Source: Bacteroidales bacterium (GTDB taxonomy: Bacteria; Bacteroidota; Bacteroidia; Bacteroidales; PWNQ01). Taken from it: a DNA stretch of 64,000 nt. Shown here in pieces: positions 18,885 to 26,910 of this stretch. Each line of letters opens with the position of its first letter. The first letter of the stretch is position 1. Location of the stretch: the NCBI GenBank assembly GCA_003557725.1, contig PWNQ01000165.1, positions 690 through 64,689 of the forward strand, read 5' to 3'. Below the pieces are notes generated by a model. That model saw only the letters and a list, made by a program, of their open reading frames with translations. It ran no database searches and was not told where the DNA came from. A program made the position numbers and the translations under genes.

Positions 18885-19991
18885 ATGCACATAAATGTGG
18901 GCGATAAGGTAAAGTTCCTCAATGAGGAAGGTGGTGGGGTGGTGCGGGAGATTGTGGACCAAAAGACCGTTCTGGTTTCTATTCCGGAAGGGTTTGATAT
19001 CCCTGTATCCAAAGGTGATCTGATACTTCTGGAGCCGGAGGCATCTGGCGGTCAGGTCCCTTTCCCGGAAGGGATGGAGGGGGGAGCGGACACGCCGCAA
19101 CCCCGGGGCACCGCAGCTTCCATGGAGTCACGGGAAGACCTGGAGAGCCGTGAAGCGCTAAAAGAGCGTGTCCGGGCGTCAGCGGCATCAATGGCTATTC
19201 CCGGAGAGGCTGCTTTTTATTTGGCTTTTGAGGCAGACCTGCAAAAGCCTTTGATGGTTGGTGACCTGGATGTTTACCTGGTTAACAACACGGGTGATGA
19301 CGTATGTTATATCCTGTATCTGGACCAGCAGGGGATGGTTCGGGTAAAGCATGGGGTTATAAGTCATCAGCAGCGGCATTTTCTTCAGACCATCTCCCGG
19401 GAAGAGATCTCCCGCTGGTGCAAGGGCTGGATACAACTGATAATGGCTGCCAGCCAATTTCCTCCGCCGGCTCCGGAAAATACCGGGTTTAAGATCCGTC
19501 CCTCACGCTTTTTTTCTGCAGAGAACTACAAGGTGTATCCCGGCCGTAGCAATCCGGTTTTTCTTTACTGCCTGTCGCGCACCCACCTGCTGCTAAAGGC
19601 AGACCAGCAGCAAACAGCCTTGCGGGAGCCAGCATCCAAAGGAACGCCGGAAAGCCACCCTCCGCTGGTAAGCCGAAAAGCGATTATCGACAAGTACATG
19701 GTCGATGACGAGGAAGCTCAGGTAGATCTGCATATTGAACAGTTGTCAGAAGATCATTACCGGATGAACGCCATGGAAAAGCTGAACCGGCAGCTTTCTT
19801 TTTTTCAAAGGATACTGCAAAGTGCTATTGTCAATAAGGTGAAGCGGCTGGTGATCATCCACGGCGTAGGTGCCGGGATACTTAAAGCAGAAGTGAGGCG
19901 GGAGCTGCAACAGTATGACTATATTGATGTGGAAGATGCCCCCATTGCCCGGTATGGGGTGGGTGCCACCATTGCTAAAATTTATCAGTAA
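18885..19991 (+). CDS. Smr-domain protein (DUF2027/Smr family)
   Basis: The ATG at 18885 gives MHINVGDKVKFLNEEGGGVV. C-terminal Smr domain: VDLHIEQL...LVIIHGVGAGILKAEVRREL. Confidence 0.7.
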   Translation: MHINVGDKVKFLNEEGGGVVREIVDQKTVLVSIPEGFDIPVSKGDLILLEPEASGGQVPFPEGMEGGADTPQPRGTAASMESREDLESREALKERVRASAASMAIPGEAAFYLAFEADLQKPLMVGDLDVYLVNNTGDDVCYILYLDQQGMVRVKHGVISHQQRHFLQTISREEISRWCKGWIQLIMAASQFPPPAPENTGFKIRPSRFFSAENYKVYPGRSNPVFLYCLSRTHLLLKADQQQTALREPASKGTPESHPPLVSRKAIIDKYMVDDEEAQVDLHIEQLSEDHYRMNAMEKLNRQLSFFQRILQSAIVNKVKRLVIIHGVGAGILKAEVRRELQQYDYIDVEDAPIARYGVGATIAKIYQ

Positions 19992-20095
19992 CATTTGGCC
20001 GGATACGGCGTAATATATATATACAGGGCGTGTTGTTTGTAAAGCCAGCGCATAAAAATACAAGGCAACAACAGCAAGCCATAAAGGAAAAACAA

Positions 20096-20468
20096 GGCCG
20101 GTGTGTTCTATCGCTGCGGCTTGCCGCAGAGGAAAGTCGGGACACCACAGAGCACCATACTTCCTAGCAGGAAGGCTTCGCTTTGGCGAAGACAGCTAGT
20201 GCCACAGAAACCAGACCGTCCCGTCGTTGACGGGATAAGGGTGAAACCGTGAGGTAAGAGCTCACGATTCCGTCAGGTGACTGGCGGAATGGTAAACCTT
20301 ATGGGGTGCAAGGCTACATATACCGGAGATGCCTGCCATGCAGGCTGAAAGGTTGCTCGCCTGGATCCGGGGGGTAAGCTGCTGGAGCCGGCAGGTGACT
20401 GCCGGCCTAGATAAATGATAGAAACCGCCATTCATTGGCGGTACAGAATCCCGCTTACAGCACCGGCC
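20096..20468 (+). ncRNA. rnpB: RNase P RNA, bacterial type A
   Basis: P1 pairing ggccggtg/caccggcc. Conserved blocks AGAGGAAAGTCGGGAC, GTGCCACAGAAA, GGGTGAAA, GGTAAGAGC and ACAGAATCCCGCTTA. Confidence 0.85.
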
Positions 20469-21536
20469 TTATTTTACCTTTATACCACGGATGCGCGAAA
20501 CCACACCCGAACCACCCCGTAGCTTTACTATGTATACCCCGGAAGAGGGGAAAAGACCGCCATCTAAATGGAAATCACCTAACCCAAAAATATCGCGGCG
20601 AAATACCAACTGACCGTATAAGGTGTAAACCTCCAGACTATGATAAGGATAGTCACCCCAGGTTAGGGTGGCTGAGGATTGAAAAGGATTGGGATAGATG
20701 GAAAGGGACTGGTCATGTGTATGGTCAGGCCCCCGGCGGGTGACCCTTAACGAATCTATGTACTCCACACGGGCAATCTGTGGGCCGACCACCTCTATGG
20801 TGAGCAGTGGATGCCCGTGATCTTTACTGAGAAAAAAGTATTCAACACGCTGGGTTACCAGCGGAGGAAAAGCAGGAAGCGTGTCAATCTTTACACTATC
20901 CCGGTACGTAGCTTGGGAACGAACCCTTAACACATTAAATGTGCCATAGGGCGTGATTAACGTGCCCCAACCATCCGCCTGGGTATGGCGAATCACTTGA
21001 CGCTCAACATGCCCCAACGAAGGAATGTCCTGATTAACCGTGGTATGGGAAAAAGACGTGTCCCCATATTCCAAAGGAAAACGGTAGAATACATCCAGGG
21101 TGTCATTCCTGCCGGGAACGGGAAAACCCATGTACTCCCCGGCATAACCAATAATGCCAAACCCGGAAGGCGTATTACGGAAAAACGTCAATGGATCAGA
21201 TACAGGCATCCCGGGGATATCCATAAATCCACCCTCAGTGGCATAATTGGCCCTGTGGGCAGGAGCCAGCGGGTTGTTGAACGCCGCCTGGTAAATCATG
21301 TTCAAGTTACCCACATCCAAAAAATGAAGAACCTCCTGCTCCTGGCCCGTAAGCCAGGTGTAGTCCCAGGTGTAGTCCTCACCGGTTGGAAAACTATGGC
21401 CCGGCGTGCTTACAATCCCCGAACTAACCACCACACTGTCGCCGGCATTGGGCATATCACCGGTGGTAATGGTGATCTGAGAAAACCCGGGCCGGGCCAA
21501 AAGCAGAAAAAAACCAAAAAGAAATAACAGCTTCAT
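20469..21536 (-). CDS. secreted protein with T9SS C-terminal sorting domain
   Basis: The ATG at 21534-21536 gives the signal peptide MKLLFLFGFFLLLARPGFSQ. The C-terminus LSIYPNPF...LEVYTLYGQLV...GVYIVKL is a T9SS CTD. The longer track ORF (to 21956) runs through a repeat element. Confidence 0.75.
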   Translation of the reverse strand: MKLLFLFGFFLLLARPGFSQITITTGDMPNAGDSVVVSSGIVSTPGHSFPTGEDYTWDYTWLTGQEQEVLHFLDVGNLNMIYQAAFNNPLAPAHRANYATEGGFMDIPGMPVSDPLTFFRNTPSGFGIIGYAGEYMGFPVPGRNDTLDVFYRFPLEYGDTSFSHTTVNQDIPSLGHVERQVIRHTQADGWGTLITPYGTFNVLRVRSQATYRDSVKIDTLPAFPPLVTQRVEYFFLSKDHGHPLLTIEVVGPQIARVEYIDSLRVTRRGPDHTHDQSLSIYPNPFQSSATLTWGDYPYHSLEVYTLYGQLVFRRDIFGLGDFHLDGGLFPSSGVYIVKLRGGSGVVSRIRGIKVK

Positions 21537-21706
21537 AGTATGATAAATTGAATTGACGACTGGTAACCGGGCCGCCGCCAGGAAAACCCGGGCCGGCACA
21601 TACCCTTTATTTAATGTGCAATAATACAAAGATTCTGAATAATACAAGAGTCCGGTGTGAAGACACAAATATTTTTCAACCACTGAAACCTCCATGGCGA
21701 AAATTT

Positions 21707-21934
21707 TTTCGACACACAGGAGAATGATTATTTCCTTACCGGAAAGCTCCCGCGCTCGCCCCTCTGACTCCCCTAAAGGGGAGGACCGGGCCACCGCGCT
21801 CGCCCCTCTGACTCCCCTAAAGGGGAGGACCGGGCCACCGCACGCGCCCCTGTCCAAACCCTTGGGGGCCTGGACGAACAACGAATAAAATTCTAAACAG
21901 ATAAAACCCCATATTATTCGTGCATTCGTGGCAA
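21707..21934 (-). repeat. family-2 mosaic GC-rich repeat (copy 1) with internal 44-bp tandem duplication
   Basis: Shares ttgccacgaatgcacgaataatatg and ggcccggtcctcccctttaggggagt.agaggggcg.gcg.gggagctttccggtaaggaaataatcat with 53880-54143, in opposite orientation. The 44-bp unit gcgctcgcccctctgactcccctaaaggggaggaccgggccacc occurs at 21752-21795 and 21796-21839. Confidence 0.85.
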
Positions 21935-21946
21935 AAAATAAACATA

Positions 21947-21981
21947 TGAAAATCAAATATGATCTTTTTAGATCGGACTCA
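21947..21981 (-). repeat. family-1 repeat fragment (one arm with TIR)
   Basis: gaaaatcaaatatgatctttttagatcggactca matches the left arm of the short form in reverse. Confidence 0.6.
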
Positions 21982-21985
21982 TGTG

Positions 21986-24913
21986 TTATTCCGGAAAAGG
22001 GATCATGGCATCATAAAATGCCTGGTGTAGTTTTTGCCTGATCCGCATGGAGTTGATTTTTTGGTTTGTTGCATTAGGGTGCACTCGGTTGGAGAGGAAG
22101 ACATAAACCATGCTGTTTTGGGGGTCGGCCCACACACAGGTTCCTGTAAACCCGGTATGGCCATAGGATTTGGCCGGGGCGGATTTGGCGGAGATATTTT
22201 TTTTGCCCACCAGGTCAAACCCCATTCCCCGGTGTGATCTTTTGTGTTTTTGTGTAAACATTTGTATCACCGATGGCTCCAGGTATTGTCTTCCTCCATA
22301 GCTTCCGTTTTGCAGGAACATTTGGAACAGTATGCCCAGGTCTTTGGCATTGGAAAACAGTCCGGCGTTTCCGGCCACCCCGCCCATAAGGGCCGCCGAC
22401 GGGTCGTGGACATGTCCATGAAGCAATTGCCTGCGCCAAAAGATGTCTTTTTCCGTAGGGACGACCTGATCCTTGCTGAAGCGTGATAAAGGGGTGTAGC
22501 CCATGGTTTTTAATCCCAGAGGCCGGTAGAAGTGTTCCTGCAAATACTGGCTTATGGAGCGACCCGTCAGGCTGTCCATGGCTATTTGCACCAAAACAGG
22601 GTTCAGATCGCTGTACATATACACCTGGTCAGAGTAAACCCGGGTTTGTTTTATGTTCATCCACAAAGTGTCTGCATAGCAGTTGCGTAGGTACATGTTC
22701 CCGGCAATGCACCGGTCACTGGTATCTTTAACGGCATAGGGATTAAAGTATTTATGAAACAGATATCGTAATGTGTCTTTCCTTCCCGGAAGGGTGTCAA
22801 AAGATAACAGGCTGTCTCTATGAATTATAAAGGAAGCGGGTAGGGGTAGTACCGTGTCGCGGGCATATAATATATAGGGCAGAATGGGGAGGCTGGGGGG
22901 AAGGCCCGACTTATGGATGAGCAGGTCACCGATGCTGCATTTGAAGATATTTCTGGATGGAGTAGTGCGTGAGATCATGGTATCTGTGAGGATAAAGACG
23001 GAATCACTGAGCATGATGGTGTCCGGGGGGGGGCGCATACTGTCACTACGGGAGAAAAGGCCATGCGCGGCTGTGCTGTCCCTGCCGGCATAAAGGGTGT
23101 CTGTAAGCACTATGGTGTCGGGACGGATGCGGGTATACTCAATAATAGTGTCCTTAAAAAACCTGCCCAGCCGGTGGTGTGGGTGCAGCTCTCCCTTTCC
23201 GGTGAGGTGCATTGCCTTTAAGGTGGTGGCAGCTACCTTAGTGATGGATGCCAGGTCGTACACGTGGTGGTCTTTTACGGCCACTTGCCGGGCATAGGTG
23301 TGATGGCCGTAGCTTTTTTGAAAAACCACATCCCCCCGGTAAGAAAAGAACACCTGGCACCCCGGGAAGGCAAAGGAACTTATGGCATCAGATACTATGC
23401 TGTCCATCTTGTTAAGTATGGCGGTATCCAGCATCAATACGTGTGGGCTGGCATAGCCCAGCCGGTTTTTGGTGGTTTGCTCATATTGATATCCCGGTGG
23501 AGCCGGCCGGGGGTGCTTTCCGCGTATAGACTGTCCACCGGCTATGGCCTGAGCTGCATATCGTTGGTCATCGGGGTGTGACGACCATATGTGCATCAGT
23601 GCCATTTGCCGGAAAACCGAATCTGCCCGGGCTTCAGGGTCAAACAATACCACCATAAGAGCCCCTGCGGAGGCCCCTTGCCGGTCCAGATTCTCCAGCG
23701 ATGATGTCAGTTGAGCGTTATCCAGGGATAGACCGCAAAGGACTACTACGGCCGTATCGGTTTGGGATAATTTGAATCTACCCGGGATGAAGGAACGCTG
23801 ATCAACGGATGTATATCGATCCAACTGTTGTATGAAGGGGGAAAAGGATGTGTCAGGAACATATACGGTGAGCGTACCGGAAGGGAGGTCAAGAGGTAAT
23901 AGGGAGCCGGGATTGCTTAGCAAAACTGAGCTTTCCCGCTTTATGCGGTCCATAATATGACGGGAATAATATGCGCGGGTTAATGAGTCGTAACCGGATA
24001 AAGCCTCTGGCAGGGAAGAGGCGGCCCGGCTGTCCCCGGCCACCTGGCCTGCCTGCTGCCAGAGCGCCAGCGAAACAACCCTGCGCAGGCGCTTCTCCAG
24101 GTGAGATGATTCCTCCTCTTTCCGGTGGGTCAGTGTTTTTACCTCCTCTTTGGCCGGCAAGGTCTTGCTGCCCGCCAGAAACAGGTCAATATTCTGGCTT
24201 CTGAGGTGTTTTTGCAGATCATCCCGGGGAAATGGCGCCGCAATGACCCCCTGATAGTTTAGCTCTTGCCGGAGGATCTCTGAAAAATAGCGCTGGTTGC
24301 CGTCCGGGCCAGCCAGGATAGTGTCTTTATGAAGAAAAAGCACCAGAGGCAGGGAGGAATGGGGGCGCTGGCCAAGGACAGGCAGGTCGCCGGCATGGAT
24401 GGTTACGGCTGGGATTAAAAGATGACGGGAAGAGGGCGTGTAAAAACCCGGATGTGCGTCAAAAGAGGCCAGGTCCGGGGCCTTCCAGATATGAATGCCC
24501 CGGTGAAAGGCTTTGTTCCCGGTCATGCTCATGGCCTGACTGAATAATTTACTTTGGGTCAATGAAAGCAATTGGTTTTTAGACGGTAACAGAGAGGAGG
24601 GATCTTGTCTCAGGGTGTCCAGAAAGCCCTTTGGAGAAGTATAGACAAAGGGTAAAAGCCCATTGGCTGCGGTACCGGTATCATTGAAAGCAGAAGGATA
24701 GGCGGTGAGAAAGATGGCGGTAACTTTTTCATCCAACGATAGCTGGCCAATAATGCTGTCGGCTTGTTCCAAAAAAGCAGAAAAAGCTTCCGGATAGCTG
24801 TCCCGGTGGTCCGCTTTGCCGGGGATAAAAATCAATAACACCGCCACCAGCGCTGCAATACACAGCGAAGCAATCCAGTATGCCCGGTATTCTTTCCTGG
24901 CCGGTAGGTGCAT
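21986..24913 (-). CDS. large serine hydrolase: C-terminal beta-lactamase/PBP-type domain with ~500-aa N-terminal extension (possibly GH3-like)
   Basis: 975 aa. N-terminal TM anchor; SxxK (ASITKV), YSD and HTG (YGHTGFTGT) motifs in the C-terminal half. The identity of the N-terminal half was not recognised with confidence. Confidence 0.75.
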   Translation of the reverse strand: MHLPARKEYRAYWIASLCIAALVAVLLIFIPGKADHRDSYPEAFSAFLEQADSIIGQLSLDEKVTAIFLTAYPSAFNDTGTAANGLLPFVYTSPKGFLDTLRQDPSSLLPSKNQLLSLTQSKLFSQAMSMTGNKAFHRGIHIWKAPDLASFDAHPGFYTPSSRHLLIPAVTIHAGDLPVLGQRPHSSLPLVLFLHKDTILAGPDGNQRYFSEILRQELNYQGVIAAPFPRDDLQKHLRSQNIDLFLAGSKTLPAKEEVKTLTHRKEEESSHLEKRLRRVVSLALWQQAGQVAGDSRAASSLPEALSGYDSLTRAYYSRHIMDRIKRESSVLLSNPGSLLPLDLPSGTLTVYVPDTSFSPFIQQLDRYTSVDQRSFIPGRFKLSQTDTAVVVLCGLSLDNAQLTSSLENLDRQGASAGALMVVLFDPEARADSVFRQMALMHIWSSHPDDQRYAAQAIAGGQSIRGKHPRPAPPGYQYEQTTKNRLGYASPHVLMLDTAILNKMDSIVSDAISSFAFPGCQVFFSYRGDVVFQKSYGHHTYARQVAVKDHHVYDLASITKVAATTLKAMHLTGKGELHPHHRLGRFFKDTIIEYTRIRPDTIVLTDTLYAGRDSTAAHGLFSRSDSMRPPPDTIMLSDSVFILTDTMISRTTPSRNIFKCSIGDLLIHKSGLPPSLPILPYILYARDTVLPLPASFIIHRDSLLSFDTLPGRKDTLRYLFHKYFNPYAVKDTSDRCIAGNMYLRNCYADTLWMNIKQTRVYSDQVYMYSDLNPVLVQIAMDSLTGRSISQYLQEHFYRPLGLKTMGYTPLSRFSKDQVVPTEKDIFWRRQLLHGHVHDPSAALMGGVAGNAGLFSNAKDLGILFQMFLQNGSYGGRQYLEPSVIQMFTQKHKRSHRGMGFDLVGKKNISAKSAPAKSYGHTGFTGTCVWADPQNSMVYVFLSNRVHPNATNQKINSMRIRQKLHQAFYDAMIPFPE

Positions 24914-24946
24914 GGCCTGGCCTCCTAATGGTTTGGCTCAAAGATA

Positions 24947-24990
24947 CAAAAAATCTACCCCGAAGTAAATACTCTGGGATAGATTTTTTT
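24947..24990 (-). terminator. bidirectional hairpin terminator after the 25055-25633 gene
   Basis: atctacccc-loop-gggatagat (one mismatch), flanked by an A-run and a T-run. Confidence 0.45.
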
Positions 24991-25054
24991 ATGGCCGCAC
25001 CAAATCAAGGTGCAGTCGTACACCGGGAAAAGAAAAAACTGCCTGATGCTTAGC

Positions 25055-25633
25055 TTATTCTTTGGTGAGGTAGTAATGTACCTGCAGGAAAAAATCTTCT
25101 GTTAATTTGTTTTCCTGCGACAGGGTCATGCTTTGCTTGTCGGCACTGCTGATATACATGGTGTCGGGCTCGGGCATTCTGGGAATGGTGGTGATGATGT
25201 AGTTCTCCTTCATTTCCCAGCTGCCGGCCTGCAGGGTGTCTTTGTCCTTGCTGAGCATATGAAAGTCATAATTACTGGCGAAGTTCATCATAAAGTTTCC
25301 TGCAAACTCTTTGTTTTGCTGGATAATTTCTTTTTTAATGATTTCCGGAGTCATTTCGTCTTTTTGGGCTTCCATATGTTGCAGGTTCATTTCCAGTTGC
25401 TCCTTCATGGACCCTTCTGCGATGGTATCCAGGATCATATTAATTTGTGCTGCCTGGTTTTCAAATTCTTCCAGGTTTTTTTCGCTGAGGATGGTGGCAT
25501 ATTCCGTGATATTATCGGCTGCCAGTGAATCTATGGTCCACGTTCCGTGAAGGGTTTCCTCTGAAAACTGCGAGCAGGAAGTAATGGCCATGGCCAGCAG
25601 GGCAACGGGAATAAAACTCATAATTGATTTCAT
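25055..25633 (-). CDS. lipoprotein, unknown function
   Basis: MKSIMSFIPVALLAMAITSC lipobox; 192 aa. Confidence 0.6.
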   Translation of the reverse strand: MKSIMSFIPVALLAMAITSCSQFSEETLHGTWTIDSLAADNITEYATILSEKNLEEFENQAAQINMILDTIAEGSMKEQLEMNLQHMEAQKDEMTPEIIKKEIIQQNKEFAGNFMMNFASNYDFHMLSKDKDTLQAGSWEMKENYIITTIPRMPEPDTMYISSADKQSMTLSQENKLTEDFFLQVHYYLTKE

Positions 25634-25879
25634 AATAATGCTTTTTTAAATATGGATTAGTTGGTTCTTTAAGACGGCAAAAGTACAAATAATTTGTGTT
25701 GGCTGGTGATATCTTTGTTATTGAGGCCGATTTAATATGCTGCTATTTCCTTTCAAGGGCTTTTTCCCAGGGGGAGCATGGTGTTAATCCTTTAAAATAG
25801 AGTGTTTAAATCGAAGGTATGGGGTGAATATTTTGTTTGATAACGGTTCGATATATTATTTTAGGTCTGACGGAGTTGC

Positions 25880-26440
25880 TTAGAATCTGGTGTTTCGGAT
25901 TGCTTCGGGGTTAAAGTTTTGGGGGTGTTTTCCGGATTTGTCACTATAGAGGTTTTCCAGGGCGGTAATACTATCCTTCAGGTTGCTTCCGGGGTGTATC
26001 ACCGGTCCCAGCCCGGCTTCTTTTTTCTTATAGTCCAGATATCCCGGCACAATGGGCACCCGGGCCTTTTGGGCGATCATGTAAAACCCGCGTTTCCAGC
26101 GATTGGTTCGGCTTCGCGTGCCCTCCGGAGTGATCACCATAACCATTTTTTCATGGCTGTCAAAGTATGCTGCTGCCTGGTCAACCATGTTGGTATGACG
26201 GGAACGGTCAACCGGAATGCCTCAAAGCCGCCGGAGAAAAAAACCTAACGGAAAAACAAATGCCTCACGCTTGATAATAAAACGCGCCGGAAGACCCACC
26301 GCATTAAAAACCAACCGGCCAATAATAAAGTCCAGATTGCTGGTGTGTGGAGCCATAATCACCACACTACGATGGATATCAGGAGTGAAATCATTGACAA
26401 TCTTCCACCCCAGAACGCGTAAAATAAACCTGGATATCAT
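25880..26440 (-). pseudogene. PlsC-like 1-acyl-sn-glycerol-3-phosphate acyltransferase interrupted by one in-frame TGA
   Basis: Track ORFs 26222-26548 (HTSNLD = HX4D) and 25880-26188 (PEGTRS block) are in the same frame. Reading through TGA 26222-26224 gives ...FFLRRL*GIPVDRSRHTNMVDQ..., where the family has LGGIPVDR. Confidence 0.75.
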
Positions 26441-26611
26441 AATTAACCCATTTTTCGCAAAAATACAACATATTTCCCTTGAACAAACACAACGGGTCAA
26501 ATGTGAGATGAAAAACAGACGCCCATTAGTAAATCGCCCGCTATCCAACTACCAAAGTATACCATAAGTTGCAACCTATAACCGATTAAATGGTTTTTGA
26601 ATTTTCAAATA

Positions 26612-26683
26612 TGAGTCCAATCTAAAAAGTTTACTTTTGATTTTCAGCGGATGTGAAAAATGAGTGTTTTTAGACCGGACTCA
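26612..26683 (+). mobile_element. family-1 MITE-like element, intact short form (72 bp)
   Basis: TIRs tgagtccaatctaaaaa/tttttagaccggactca; perfect 4-bp flanking duplication AATA (26608-26611 and 26684-26687). Confidence 0.85.
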
Positions 26684-26792
26684 AATATATAAAAACCAGT
26701 TTTTTATAAATGGGTTTCTAATAATGGGAAAAAATGCAATTATTATTTTTGAAATGGGCTATTTATGATTGGTTTTATTTGTGTGTAAAGTG

Positions 26793-26800
26793 TATTTTTG
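26793..26800 (+). promoter_or_regulatory. candidate -7 promoter box for the giant adhesin gene
   Basis: TATTTTTG lies ~110 nt upstream of the ATG at 26911. Confidence 0.25.
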
Positions 26801-26910
26801 TCCACGAATGTATAAATATCACATATTTTTATAATATGCTTATAATGGGCGATTTGTAGTTTTAGCAGGGCGCCCGCAGGATTAGTGAATAACCAAAAAA
26901 TATAATAATT

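Noticed and set aside
20469-21956. The 495-aa track ORF taken as the full gene.
   Set aside because: The N-terminal 140 codons run through the family-2 repeat and a family-1 fragment. A canonical signal peptide starts at the ATG at 21536.
26222-26224. TGA read as selenocysteine, or as glycine under an alternative genetic code (code 25).
   Set aside because: Other genes in the window clearly terminate at TGA (for example 34147-34149 and the DUF58 gene). The position corresponds to a structural Gly rather than a redox Cys, and no SECIS-like hairpin was noticed downstream.
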